Part shown: in pieces, positions 32,587-42,483 of the stretch | Layout of the letters: each line of letters opens with the position of its first letter | Position numbering within the stretch: the stretch's first letter is position 1 | Source: Minisyncoccota bacterium | Lineage (GTDB): Bacteria; Patescibacteriota; Minisyncoccia; Phycocordibacterales; XYD1-FULL-46-19 | Direction: 5' to 3' | DNA length: 64,000 nucleotides | Assembly: GCA_041664425.1 (NCBI GenBank) | Contig: JBAYKU010000001.1 | Location: 29,272-93,271 of the forward strand | Position numbers and translations under genes: made by a program | Notes under the pieces: generated by a model | Seen by the model: only the letters and a program-made list of their open reading frames with translations | Databases searched by the model: none | Told to the model about the DNA's origin: nothing

Positions 32587-32772
32587 GGATTAAAGAAATT
32601 TTCAGCTGACGCTTCATCCGACCAAAATTATAGTCGTCTCACGACGAAAAATGAAAAACTCCTCACAAACGCCTGCCAATCAGCAGGCGTTTGCTCGTCA
32701 AACAGTTTCATTTTTCTGCTCGACTCCTTAATTTTGGTCGGCTTCTCGCGATGCTGAAAATTTCTTTAATCC
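32587..32772. repeat. Long nested rod-like palindrome
   Basis: Perfect 20-bp outer arms plus three inner stems. Confidence 0.8.
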
Positions 32773-32807
32773 TCGCTTTGGTTGAAATGCTAGGCGATAC
32801 CACTACG

Positions 32808-32825
32808 CCTGCCTGCGCAGGCAGG
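32808..32825. repeat. 18-bp perfect palindrome CCTGCCTGCGCAGGCAGG
   Basis: Identical copy at 49999..50016 and a variant at 54639..54656. Confidence 0.85.
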
Positions 32826-32948
32826 CAAGGGTTTTAAAATGTTTAAGCTTTCGTTCTCTCAAATTTTCTCCAAACAAAAACCCAGTAGGACAGCTTGTGC
32901 TGACTACTGGGTGAACTCTTCGCGACAGATTTCTGTCGGAGGAGGTGG

Positions 32949-33263
32949 CTACTCTTGTTTGATAAATTCGATTCCATACTTCTTTTCCGTGGGTGATCCT
33001 TGGAAAATAGTAATGGAGTCAGTTACTATTGATTCCCGTTTTGTCGGTGGGACCCTTTCAAGCTTCTTTGCGTTAAAATCATCAATTGCCGCTGCAATCG
33101 ATAACATAAACGCAACTATAATCACTATGACAGAGATCGCCAGCGCTATCTCTAGATGACCAGTTTTTTTTCGAAGCTCCTCTGTTTTTTCCCAGAGCTC
33201 CTTTTTCTTCTGTCGCTCCTCTGCTGTTTCTTTCCAGGGGTCTTCTTTTTCTGTTTTCGACAT
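32949..33263 (-). CDS. Orphan single-pass membrane protein
   Basis: Charged N-terminus then one hydrophobic helix; AAGGGAG SD, TTGACT/TATAAT promoter, terminator at about 32875..32912. Confidence 0.65.
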   Translation of the reverse strand: MSKTEKEDPWKETAEERQKKKELWEKTEELRKKTGHLEIALAISVIVIIVAFMLSIAAAIDDFNAKKLERVPPTKRESIVTDSITIFQGSPTEKKYGIEFIKQE

Positions 33264-33454
33264 TCTTCTCCCTTTCAAAAGCAGAACCTTAGCTCTGCCG
33301 GTTGACTATCCATTTCTACCTAATATTATACACCTAATCGTATAAAAAGTCAATAGATAACAATCTTCATGTAACACTTTTGTGTCTTTAGAGGCCTAAA
33401 TCGTTGACATTAAGGCCTCTTCTTGATAGGATAGCACCAGCTCGTTTGAGCCCC

Positions 33455-33525
33455 GCCCGGTGGAATATGGCGCTTCTAGGCGCCATAAAATCGCTAGGTC
33501 AAACGATTTTATTCCACGGGGTAAA
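33455..33525. repeat. Palindromic three-way-junction element in the rpsN leader
   Basis: CCCGGTGGAATA [TGGCGC/GCGCCA][AAAATCG/CGATTTT] ATTCCACGGGGTAAA. Confidence 0.7.
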
Positions 33526-33534
33526 ATATTTACT

Positions 33535-33640
33535 TGCCCGCCTAAATTTCCCTCGTGTAAATGAGGTAAACAGAGGGAGGACAAAATCATTTTATTAGTC
33601 AGGTATATCAATTCTACCGAGGGAAACTTTGGTGGGTAAA
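33535..33640. repeat. Second inverted-repeat element abutting the rpsN start
   Basis: GCCCGCCTAAATTTCCCTCG...CGAGGGAAACTTTGGTGGGTAAA. Confidence 0.65.
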
Positions 33641-33641
33641 C

Positions 33642-33827
33642 ATGGCAAAAAAATCAGTCATCGCTCGTGCTCAAAAGACCCCGAAGTTTGCTTCGCGGGT
33701 TGTTCGTCGCTGTTTCCGCTGCGGACGTAAGCATGGCTATATGAGAGATTTTAATCTTTGCCGTATCTGTTTCCGTGAATTGGCCAATGATGGCAAAGTT
33801 CCGGGTATTCGAAAATCTTCATGGTAA
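33642..33827 (+). CDS. rpsN: 30S ribosomal protein S14, short zinc-binding (type Z) form
   Basis: 61 aa with CFRC and CRIC. Confidence 0.96.
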   Translation: MAKKSVIARAQKTPKFASRVVRRCFRCGRKHGYMRDFNLCRICFRELANDGKVPGIRKSSW

Positions 33828-34219
33828 GCGATCCTATTTCCAACATGCTGATCACCATTAAAAATGGTGCCAAAGTCGGTAAAGAAACCGTCGTTTTTCC
33901 TTGTTCTAAAATTAAATACGAAATTGCTACCTTGCTCGAACGTGAAGGTTATATCAAAAACGTCAACAAGCGTGGCAAGAAGGTTAAGAAGTTTATTGCT
34001 TGCGATATCGTTTACGGTACTGATGGCAAGACTGCCAAATTGACCGATTTGAAGCGCATCTCCAAACCTTCCCGCCGAGTCTACCGCAAGGCTGATGAAA
34101 TTGCCCCTGTCCGTAACGGTTTCGGTATCGCCGTCATTTCTACTCCTAAAGGTTTAATGACTGGCAAGGATGCTTACAAACAAAAAGTCGGAGGCGAATT
34201 AATGTTCCAAATCTGGTAA
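33821..34219 (+). CDS. rpsH: 30S ribosomal protein S8
   Basis: [23 protein letters not shown]. Confidence 0.96.
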   Translation: MVSDPISNMLITIKNGAKVGKETVVFPCSKIKYEIATLLEREGYIKNVNKRGKKVKKFIACDIVYGTDGKTAKLTDLKRISKPSRRVYRKADEIAPVRNGFGIAVISTPKGLMTGKDAYKQKVGGELMFQIW

Positions 34220-34224
34220 AAAAT

Positions 34225-34767
34225 ATGTCACGTATCGGCAAACAAATCATCACTATTCCTGAAAAAGTTGAAGTCAAACTCAACGATGGCTTTTTGACTG
34301 TCAAAGGTCCTCTCGGTGAAATCACTCGGGCTTTTAAACCACAGATTGTGATCACTATTGATCAAGAAGCTAAAACTATTAGCTTGGCTCCGGCTGAAGT
34401 GACTGTTGCTAACCGAGCTTTGTGGGGGACTTACGGTTCTCATCTCGCTAACATGATTGAGGGTGTGACCAAGGGTTATATCAAAGACTTAACAGTGGAA
34501 GGTGTTGGTTATCGTTATGCGGTGGCTGGCAACAAAGTGGTGCTTAATATTGGCTTCTCTCATCCAGTGGAAGTTGAAATTCCGGTTGGTTTGAAGGTTG
34601 AGATAACTAAGGCTGATATGAAGATTTCTGGTTTTGATAAAGAAGTGGTTGGTAGTTTTGCTTCCAAGATTCGCTCTCTCAAACCGGTTGAACCTTATAA
34701 GGGTAAAGGTATCCGTTACGTCGGGGAACATGTCCGTCGCAAGCAGGGTAAGAAAACTGCCGCTTAA
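34225..34767 (+). CDS. rplF: 50S ribosomal protein L6
   Basis: [14 protein letters not shown]. Confidence 0.97.
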   Translation: MSRIGKQIITIPEKVEVKLNDGFLTVKGPLGEITRAFKPQIVITIDQEAKTISLAPAEVTVANRALWGTYGSHLANMIEGVTKGYIKDLTVEGVGYRYAVAGNKVVLNIGFSHPVEVEIPVGLKVEITKADMKISGFDKEVVGSFASKIRSLKPVEPYKGKGIRYVGEHVRRKQGKKTAA

Positions 34768-34772
34768 AATCT

Positions 34773-35129
34773 ATGAATAACAAACTGATCCAAAAAGAAC
34801 GTCGCCATCGCCGAGTCCGGAGTAAAGTTTCTGGGACTGTTGAGCGTCCACGCTTGGTGGTCTATCGTTCTAATCGTTTTATTTATGCTCAGTTGATTGA
34901 CGATCGCGCCGGCAAGACTTTGGCGGCGGTTAGTGATCTCAAGGTGGCTAACAAAAAAAGCGATAAATTTGTCAAAGTTACCAAGGCGACAGAAGTCGGC
35001 AAGCAGATCGCTGTGGCGGCCAAAGGTTTGGGTATCTCCAAAGTAGTTTTTGATCGTGGTGGTTATCGTTTCACTGGTCGGGTCAAAGCTGTCGCTGAAG
35101 GGGCTCGTGAAGGTGGTCTAATCTTTTAA
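34773..35129 (+). CDS. rplR: 50S ribosomal protein L18
   Basis: [23 protein letters not shown]. Confidence 0.97.
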   Translation: MNNKLIQKERRHRRVRSKVSGTVERPRLVVYRSNRFIYAQLIDDRAGKTLAAVSDLKVANKKSDKFVKVTKATEVGKQIAVAAKGLGISKVVFDRGGYRFTGRVKAVAEGAREGGLIF

Positions 35130-35135
35130 TATTAT

Positions 35136-35723
35136 ATGGAAACTCCTACCAACAAAACTAATTCAACTACTCCTCGTGGCAACCGTACTACTGGTCCTGG
35201 TGCTAATCGCAGTGGCCGTCCTGGTCAGGGTGGTCCTCGTCGTGATGGCCGTGGCGGTCGTGGTGGTCGCCCTACTGAGAGAGTCAAGCCTGAGTATGAT
35301 CACAAAGTGATTGATATTCGCCGTGTGGCCCGTGTGGTTTCTGGTGGACGCCGTTTTAGTTTCTCAGTAGTTTTGGTGGCTGGTAATAAAAAGGGGAAGG
35401 TGGGTGTCGGCATCGGTAAGGCCGGAGATACCTCTTTGGCTATTAGCAAGGCGATGAACAATGCCATCAAAAACATGATTGTCGTCTCAACCACTAAAAC
35501 CAATTCTATTGCTCATGAAGTAGAAGCCAAGTTTGGTTCATCTCGCGTGATGATTAAACCAGCTCCGGCTCACGGTCTCGTGGCTGGCTCGGCTACTCGT
35601 ATTGTTTTGGAATTGGCTGGTATCCACGATGTTAATGCCAAAGTTTTGTCCAAGAGCAAGAATAAATTGAACTTGGCTCGTACTACTATCCTGGCCTTGT
35701 CTAAATTGCCTAAGTCTAAATAA
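35136..35723 (+). CDS. rpsE: 30S ribosomal protein S5 with Gly/Arg-rich N-terminal extension
   Basis: RVVSGGRRFSF, GVGIGKA. Confidence 0.96.
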   Translation: METPTNKTNSTTPRGNRTTGPGANRSGRPGQGGPRRDGRGGRGGRPTERVKPEYDHKVIDIRRVARVVSGGRRFSFSVVLVAGNKKGKVGVGIGKAGDTSLAISKAMNNAIKNMIVVSTTKTNSIAHEVEAKFGSSRVMIKPAPAHGLVAGSATRIVLELAGIHDVNAKVLSKSKNKLNLARTTILALSKLPKSK

Positions 35724-35728
35724 AAAAT

Positions 35729-36160
35729 ATGCAGATTCACGAATTAAAACCAAAGACTAAACTTAAGAAGCGCCGACAAATCGGTCGCGGTGGTAAACGT
35801 GGTACAACTGCTGGTCGCGGTACCAAGGGTCAAAAGGCTCGCGCCGGTCGCAAGCTCCGCCCAGAATTGCGCGATATCATCAAGAAGCTGCCAAAATTGC
35901 GCGGTTACCGTTTTGCTTCTTTTGCTGAGACAGCTTTGCCAGTCAACTTAGCTATCATTGATAAAAAGTATGTGGCTGGTGAAGAAGTGACCGCCATGAC
36001 TCTTTTGGAAAAGGGTTTGATTGGTTCGCGCAAAGGTAAGATGCCACGAGTCAAAATTTTGGCGACTGGTACTTTGACCAAGGGTTTGACTTTCAACGGC
36101 TTGTTGATGTCTGAAGCCGCCAAGGCCAAGATTGAACAAGTGGGTGGTAAAGTGATTTAA
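35729..36160 (+). CDS. rplO: 50S ribosomal protein L15
   Basis: GRGTKGQKARAG, LPKLRG. Confidence 0.96.
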   Translation: MQIHELKPKTKLKKRRQIGRGGKRGTTAGRGTKGQKARAGRKLRPELRDIIKKLPKLRGYRFASFAETALPVNLAIIDKKYVAGEEVTAMTLLEKGLIGSRKGKMPRVKILATGTLTKGLTFNGLLMSEAAKAKIEQVGGKVI

Positions 36161-36214
36161 AGACTGTTGATTAACAATTAGATATTTTTAGGTCTCTCGT
36201 TGATAATTTATCTT

Positions 36215-37486
36215 ATGAACGCTTTCTTAACTAAAGTAAAACTAACTCTAGAAGACGCCAATCTTCGACGTCGGATTTTGTTTGTGGTGGGTATTTTGGC
36301 CATCACTCGTCTGGGAGCCGCTATCCCAATGCCAGGTGTTGATAAATTGCAATTAGAGCGAGCTTTTGCGGGTGATCAATTTTTAGGCTTTTTGAATATT
36401 TTTTCTGGTGGCGGTCTGTCTAACCTATCTATTTTTATGTTGGGTGTCGGTCCGTTTATTACGGCTTCGATTATTATGCAGTTGATGACTTTGATCTTTC
36501 CTTCTCTCAAACAAATGTATCATGAGGATGGGGAAGCCGGTCGTCGTAAGGTGGCTCAGTATTCCCGTCTAATGGCCGTACCACTAGCAGCTTTTCAGGC
36601 TATTGGTTTGATGGTTTTGCTTAATGGCAAGGGGGTGCTTTTACCGATGAGCGGCATGGATAAATTGATCAGTTTGATTGTGGTCATTGCCGGCTCCTTA
36701 CTTTTGATGTGGTTGGGCGAATTAATCTCAGAGTACGGTATTGGTAACGGTGTTTCTTTGATTATCTTTGCTGGTATCGTCTCACGAGTTCCAGCGGTGA
36801 CTTCACAACTTTATACCACTTTTGAAAGTACTCAGATTCCACTTTATCTCGGTGTTGGGGCGGTGGCCTTGATTGCTTTGGCGGCGGTAGTTTTTATTAC
36901 CGAATCAGAGAGACCTATTCCAGTTACTTATGCCAAGCGGGTGCGGGGCATGAAGGTCTATGGTGGAGCTTCAACTTATCTACCAATTAGAGTCAACAAT
37001 GCCGGTGTTATGCCAATCATCTTCGCCATGTCGATTTTGCTGTTTCCACAGATGATCGCCAACTTTTTGGCCGGCACTACTCAGCCTATTCTCAAAACGA
37101 TTGCTGGTTTTATGACCGCCTTTCTGAATCAAACTTGGCTATATGGCTCCTTCTACTTTATTTTAGTGGTGGCTTTTACCTATTTTTATTCAGCTGTCAC
37201 TTTTGATCCGGAAGCCATCTCGACCAACTTACAGAAAAACGGTGCTTTTATCCCTGGGGTGCGTCCTGGTCATTCGACCGCTGTCTATATTTCCAGAATT
37301 TTGACTCGTTTGACTCTGGTGGGAGCGACATTCTTGGGGGTGGTGGCCTTGATGCCAATCATCTTGCAGTCGGCTACCAATATGAGTTCGTTGGCTGTCG
37401 GCGGTACTAGTCTTTTGATTGTCGTGTCGGTCGCTCTCGATTTCATCAAACAGATTGATGCTCAGATCTCAATGAGAGAATACTAG
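36215..37486 (+). CDS. secY: Preprotein translocase subunit SecY
   Basis: LGVGPFITASII, GIGNGVSLIIFAGI, IPGVRPG, GGTSLLIVV. Confidence 0.98.
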   Translation: MNAFLTKVKLTLEDANLRRRILFVVGILAITRLGAAIPMPGVDKLQLERAFAGDQFLGFLNIFSGGGLSNLSIFMLGVGPFITASIIMQLMTLIFPSLKQMYHEDGEAGRRKVAQYSRLMAVPLAAFQAIGLMVLLNGKGVLLPMSGMDKLISLIVVIAGSLLLMWLGELISEYGIGNGVSLIIFAGIVSRVPAVTSQLYTTFESTQIPLYLGVGAVALIALAAVVFITESERPIPVTYAKRVRGMKVYGGASTYLPIRVNNAGVMPIIFAMSILLFPQMIANFLAGTTQPILKTIAGFMTAFLNQTWLYGSFYFILVVAFTYFYSAVTFDPEAISTNLQKNGAFIPGVRPGHSTAVYISRILTRLTLVGATFLGVVALMPIILQSATNMSSLAVGGTSLLIVVSVALDFIKQIDAQISMREY

Positions 37487-37690
37487 AATTTTTTTCTAAA
37501 TAACCTAAAAAATAATGGCCTATTCCTGAGAATAGGCCATTATTTTGAAATTTAAGTTATACTAATACGTACTAGGTTTTAGCGATTAAAATATAAAACA
37601 GGTTTTGTGCTCACATCCTCGCAGCAGAGCTGTCGAGGTATTCAGACAAAGCACTCTAATAAAATTAATTAGTTTATTTAATCAAAGCTT

Positions 37691-39340
37691 ATGAAAATCT
37701 ACCGTCAGTTTAAAAGTTATTTTATTGCTCATAAAATAATTGGCACCATTATTTTGTTGGTGGTCGCTATTGGGGTTTATTACAGTTACAACTATTTTTT
37801 TGGAGCTTCTAATCAGACAACTTACTTAGTAGCTCAAGTTGAAAAGGGGACGATTGTCACAGCGGTTTCTGGTAGTGGCCAAGTCTCCGCCAAAAGTCAG
37901 ATTGATATTAAACCCAAAGCTTCTGGTGAGGTTATTTATATTGGGGCTAAAGCGGGTGATCACGTTTCGGCCGGTCAACTTATTGTCCAGCTGGATGCTC
38001 GTGACGCCCAGATTTCTCTCCAAAGCGCTCAGTTGAGTTTAGAAAAAATGAAGGCTGGTGCCGTTAGTGATAGTAGTGGTTCCTCTAAAAACTACGAAGA
38101 AGCCCTAAATAACATCAACAAGACCTTTATTGATATTCCAATAGTTTTTAGTGATTTAAATCTTATTCTTAACAATTATTCTGTTTCTACTTATAAAAAT
38201 AATTTACCAGATAATACTGCTAGAAATTATTTGGCGATAGCATCGGCTGGTTATTATCAGGCTAATCAGGCTTATGAAAAAACCCTGGCTGATTATCGAA
38301 ATATCAATAACGATTTTTCTGATGCCAATGTGGCTAGTCTTTTGTCCAAGACCTATATCATGCTCAAACAATTATCTCTAGCTACTAAACAGGCCAACAC
38401 TTTTGTTTCCTATGTTTATGATAATACCAAATCAGTCGATCGCTCTACTAGTTTAATTAGTGATCGTTCCGATCTCGAAAGCTGGACCCAGACGGTTGAC
38501 TCCGATTTATCTACCTTGGGTAGTAGCCGTAATACGATCAAGAGTGCCACTATAGATATTGAGGCTCAAAAATTGACAGTTATTCAGAGGGAAAATGATT
38601 ATGCTGATTATTTTGTTCGGGCTCCTTTTGATGGGGTTATCGGCAAATTAGATGTGATGATGGCCGACACTCTTAGCTCTGGTGGTAGTATTGGGACTTT
38701 TGTTTCTAACCAAAAGATGGCCGAAATTACTCTCAATGAAGTAGATATTTCTCAGGTTAAAGTTGGACAAAAAGCGACTTTGACTTTTGATGCGATTGAA
38801 GATTTTAGTCTAACTGGCACAGTAGCCGAAGTTGACACTGTGGGCACGGTTTCTTCCGGAGTTGTTTCTTATGGCGTAAAAATTAGTTTTGATACTCAGG
38901 ATAACCGTGTCCTGCCAGGAATGAGTGTTAGTGCTAGTATTGCTACTAATATCAAACAAGATGTTTTGGTGGTACCCAATAGTGCCATTAAAACAGCTAA
39001 TGGCGCCGACACTGTCTCCTTGGCTCCAAGCGACACTGCGGTGACTGATGAAAATAGTAATGTTGGTGTCGCTATCGTCGGGACTACAACCACTCAAAAT
39101 ATTACCATTGGCTCTTCTGATGATACCAATACCGAAGTCCTGACTGGTTTGAAGGAGGGGGACAAGGTAATTATTAAGACGATTGTTTCTTCCGCGACTA
39201 AAACTTCAGCGCCAAGTATCTTTAGTGCGGCTGGGGTTAATAATAAGGGTGGTAGTACTACTAATAGGACTAGTAGCTCCAATGCTGGTGCGGCTAGAAC
39301 CAATACATCGGGTGCTAGTGGGCGAGTTCCAGGAATATAA
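37691..39340 (+). CDS. Membrane-fusion (MacA/HlyD-like) adaptor
   Basis: N-terminal TM, lipoyl half-motifs (RAPFDGVI), long helical insert, PGMS, LVVPNSAI, GLKEGD. Confidence 0.88.
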   Translation: MKIYRQFKSYFIAHKIIGTIILLVVAIGVYYSYNYFFGASNQTTYLVAQVEKGTIVTAVSGSGQVSAKSQIDIKPKASGEVIYIGAKAGDHVSAGQLIVQLDARDAQISLQSAQLSLEKMKAGAVSDSSGSSKNYEEALNNINKTFIDIPIVFSDLNLILNNYSVSTYKNNLPDNTARNYLAIASAGYYQANQAYEKTLADYRNINNDFSDANVASLLSKTYIMLKQLSLATKQANTFVSYVYDNTKSVDRSTSLISDRSDLESWTQTVDSDLSTLGSSRNTIKSATIDIEAQKLTVIQRENDYADYFVRAPFDGVIGKLDVMMADTLSSGGSIGTFVSNQKMAEITLNEVDISQVKVGQKATLTFDAIEDFSLTGTVAEVDTVGTVSSGVVSYGVKISFDTQDNRVLPGMSVSASIATNIKQDVLVVPNSAIKTANGADTVSLAPSDTAVTDENSNVGVAIVGTTTTQNITIGSSDDTNTEVLTGLKEGDKVIIKTIVSSATKTSAPSIFSAAGVNNKGGSTTNRTSSSNAGAARTNTSGASGRVPGI

Positions 39341-39344
39341 AAAA

Positions 39345-40058
39345 ATGATTGAAGTAAAAAACCTATCAAAAACTTACCAGACTGGTGATATCAGTTTTGA
39401 CGCTCTCAAAGATGTCAGTTTTAAAATCGAGGATGGTGAATTCGTGGCGATTATGGGTCCATCTGGCTCTGGTAAATCAACCCTGATGCATATTTTGGGT
39501 GCGCTTGATACTCCGACTGGTGGTAGTTACTTTTTGGATGGTAAGGATGTATCAAAAATGTCAGAGGATTCTTTGGCGGATATTAGACGTGATAAGATCG
39601 GTTTCGTTTTTCAGTCTTTCAATCTTTTACCCAGAACTACTGTAATGCGCAATGTTATGTTGCCTTTGATTTATGCCAATGTTGACCCTCAAGAAAGGGA
39701 GAAACGGGCTCGCGAGGCCTTGTTATCGGCAGGTATGGATGAAGATCATTTTGTCCATCGTTCTAACCAGCTTTCAGGTGGTCAAATTCAACGAGTGGCA
39801 ATCGCTCGAGCCTTGGTCAATAACCCCTCTCTTATTTTGGCTGATGAACCGACAGGCAACCTCGATACCAAGACTGGAGAAATTGTTCTCGGTACTTTTC
39901 AAAGACTCAATGAAGAACAAGGGAAAACTATTATTTTAATTACTCATGAACGGGAAGTGGCTGAACACGCCGATCGAATTATTTTTATCCGTGATGGTAA
40001 ACTGATCGAAGATCATCGTCAGCATCAGAAAAGAATCATCCATAAAAAAGAAAAATAA
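39345..40058 (+). CDS. MacB-type ABC transporter ATP-binding subunit
   Basis: GPSGSGKST, LSGGQ, LADEPTGNLD. Confidence 0.95.
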   Translation: MIEVKNLSKTYQTGDISFDALKDVSFKIEDGEFVAIMGPSGSGKSTLMHILGALDTPTGGSYFLDGKDVSKMSEDSLADIRRDKIGFVFQSFNLLPRTTVMRNVMLPLIYANVDPQEREKRAREALLSAGMDEDHFVHRSNQLSGGQIQRVAIARALVNNPSLILADEPTGNLDTKTGEIVLGTFQRLNEEQGKTIILITHEREVAEHADRIIFIRDGKLIEDHRQHQKRIIHKKEK

Positions 40059-40061
40059 TTT

Positions 40062-41285
40062 ATGAACATCCTAGATATATTAGAAGAAACATATTCCGCC
40101 TTGTCTGCTAATAAGGTCCGCTCCGGTTTGACCGTTTTAGGCATTGTAATTGGTATTAGTTCGGTTATTGCCATGTTGGCTATCGGCCAAGGGGCCCAGA
40201 GCTCTATCCAGTCTAGTATTCAGTCTATTGGCTCAAACCTGATTTTGGTTATGCCAGGTACTCAGCGTGGTCCGGGTATGATGGTTAGCTCTGGTCGTGG
40301 TTCAGCAAAATCTTTGAAATTATCTGACGCTGAAGCTATTAGCAAGAGTGTTTCCTCGATTAAGGCTGTCGCCCCAGAAGTCACTAGTCGCTATCAATTA
40401 TCAGCTAAGGGTAACAACACTAATACTTCGGTGACAGGGACAGTCCCTGCTTATCAGGAGGTACGCAATGTAACAGTCGAAGAAGGCGTCTTTGTCTCAG
40501 ATCAAAATGTCAAAGCTGGTAGTAAAGTGGCGGTTCTCGGCCCAACCACTAGAGACGACTTGTTTGGTGAGGGAGCCAATGTCATCGGTCAGACTGTTAG
40601 AATCAAGGGAATTGATTTTAAGGTTATTGGCATTACTAAATCAAAAGGAAGTTCTGGTATGGGCAATCAAGACGATGTCGTCTTTATCCCCATTAGTGTG
40701 GCTCAGCGTTATTTTTCTGGTGACGAATACGTTAGCACTATCAGCGTCTCGGCTATTAGCCAGGATGTTTCTACTACTGTTCAGGAAGATATCACCACGC
40801 TTTTAACTACTCTACATAAAATAAGGAGTAATCAATCTCTGGATTTCAGTATCATGAACCAGGCCGATATTGCCTCAGCGGCTTCTAGTGTGACCCAAAT
40901 CTTTACTATTCTTCTCGGCTCAGTGGCAGGAATTTCTTTGATTGTTGGTGGTATCGGTATTATGAATATGATGTTAACGACAGTGACAGAGCGTACTCGC
41001 GAAATTGGTTTACGTAAGGCGATCGGGGCCAAGAGGCGGGATATTAGTCTGCAATTTTTGATTGAAGCCGTAGTTCTAACTTTTCTGGGAGGGTTTATTG
41101 GAATTGTTTTGGGCTGGTCAGCGGCTTTTTTAGTGACCTATTTTGGTTTATTAGAAACCGTAGTCTCCACCTCTTCGATTGTTTTGGCTTTCGGTGTTTC
41201 GGCTGCGATTGGTATCGTGTTTGGTTATTATCCAGCGCGACGAGCCGCCGGGCTTAATCCTATTGATGCTCTTAGATATGAGTAA
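40062..41285 (+). CDS. MacB/FtsX-family ABC permease
   Basis: LGIVIGI, GGIGIMNMM, ERTREIGLRKAIGA, PARRAAGLNPIDALRYE. Confidence 0.95.
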   Translation: MNILDILEETYSALSANKVRSGLTVLGIVIGISSVIAMLAIGQGAQSSIQSSIQSIGSNLILVMPGTQRGPGMMVSSGRGSAKSLKLSDAEAISKSVSSIKAVAPEVTSRYQLSAKGNNTNTSVTGTVPAYQEVRNVTVEEGVFVSDQNVKAGSKVAVLGPTTRDDLFGEGANVIGQTVRIKGIDFKVIGITKSKGSSGMGNQDDVVFIPISVAQRYFSGDEYVSTISVSAISQDVSTTVQEDITTLLTTLHKIRSNQSLDFSIMNQADIASAASSVTQIFTILLGSVAGISLIVGGIGIMNMMLTTVTERTREIGLRKAIGAKRRDISLQFLIEAVVLTFLGGFIGIVLGWSAAFLVTYFGLLETVVSTSSIVLAFGVSAAIGIVFGYYPARRAAGLNPIDALRYE

Positions 41286-41324
41286 GAATTAATTATAATA
41301 TTATAAATTTTTTAAAAAAATTCT

Positions 41325-41759
41325 ATGAATAAATATTTAAGTAAAAGAAATCAAATCATAATAGGGGCCGTCATTATCTTTTTAGTGGCTGGCTATGGTG
41401 GATATAAAATTGGCCAAAGTAAAAGAGTTACAGGCGGCCAATTTGGCTCTAATAGTAGGATGGGGCAGGGGATGACAGGTCGCAAGCCAGCCGGTTTTGC
41501 CACTGGTGATATTTTGTCTAGGGATACTAATGGGGTAACTATTAAGCTTCGCAATGGTGGCTCTCAAATTATTCTAGTTTCTCCTTCAACCGAAGTGTCA
41601 AAAATGTCACCGACTGATCAGTCTGAGTTAGCCATTGGCAAATCTATTATTGCCAATGGTAAAACTAACGCCGATGGTAGCGTGACGGCTACAACGATTC
41701 AGATCCGTCCCAATACCCCCGTTCCAATGGGTGGCCAGGGTGGGCCGATTGGTAACTAG
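41325..41759 (+). CDS. Membrane-anchored small beta-domain protein (DUF5666-like)
   Basis: N-terminal TM; NADGSVTATTIQI; last gene of the exporter operon. Confidence 0.65.
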   Translation: MNKYLSKRNQIIIGAVIIFLVAGYGGYKIGQSKRVTGGQFGSNSRMGQGMTGRKPAGFATGDILSRDTNGVTIKLRNGGSQIILVSPSTEVSKMSPTDQSELAIGKSIIANGKTNADGSVTATTIQIRPNTPVPMGGQGGPIGN

Positions 41760-41883
41760 TCTATTCTTTAAAATAACCACCCCGCCCTCTCTATATGGTA
41801 ATAAAATAAAGTTTAGTTTAGTAGAAGAAGAGAGGGCGGGGTGGTTTTGCTTTTATGGCAGTCTTATGCCATCATAGGAATAT

Positions 41884-42483
41884 ATGGATTTAAATACCTA
41901 TATTTTTATTGGTCGCTCTGGTTGTGGTAAGGGGACTCAGGTGGAGAAACTGGCTGAGCATTTAACCGAACAGGGGATAATAACCGTTGAACATCCTTGG
42001 CTTCGGATTGAAACTGGGGCCCATTTTCGTAAAATTGTCGAAACTGGTGGCTATACTGCCAAAATGTTGAAGGCTGGTATGGAGGCCGGTGAGCGTCTGC
42101 CAGATAATTTTGCTATTTGGACCTGGACCGGTTTTTTGTTTGATAAATTTACCGGCAATGAACATATTTTTTGCGACGGCTGTCCTCGATCTCTGGTTGA
42201 AGCCAAGGCTCTAGATTTACTATTAAAATTTTACCGACGTTCAAAACCGATTGTTTTTTATATCGATGTTTCTCGCGAAGAAACTAAAAAAAGGCTTTTG
42301 GCGCGTGGCCGAGCTGATGACCAATCAGAAGATATTGATCGACGTTTAGATTGGTTTGATAAAGATGTTCTGCCGGCGGTTGAGTATTATGAACAAAATC
42401 CCGACTATCATTTTATTCGTATCAATGGTGAACAGCCTATCGAGGATGTCAGTAAAGATTTATTGGCTAGCCTGAAAGTATGA
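41884..42483 (+). CDS. adk: Adenylate kinase family protein (short LID)
   Basis: GRSGCGKGTQ, DGCPR, RGRADD; precedes map. Confidence 0.85.
   Translation: MDLNTYIFIGRSGCGKGTQVEKLAEHLTEQGIITVEHPWLRIETGAHFRKIVETGGYTAKMLKAGMEAGERLPDNFAIWTWTGFLFDKFTGNEHIFCDGCPRSLVEAKALDLLLKFYRRSKPIVFYIDVSREETKKRLLARGRADDQSEDIDRRLDWFDKDVLPAVEYYEQNPDYHFIRINGEQPIEDVSKDLLASLKV

Noticed and set aside
32530-33159. Plus-strand ORFs 32530..32757 and 32839..33159
   Set aside because: The first is read-through of a palindromic repeat. The second shadows the minus-strand gene that has the promoter, SD and terminator.
37600-37660. Hairpin leader before the MacAB-like operon as a riboswitch
   Set aside because: Only one modest stem, with no recognisable aptamer or expression platform.
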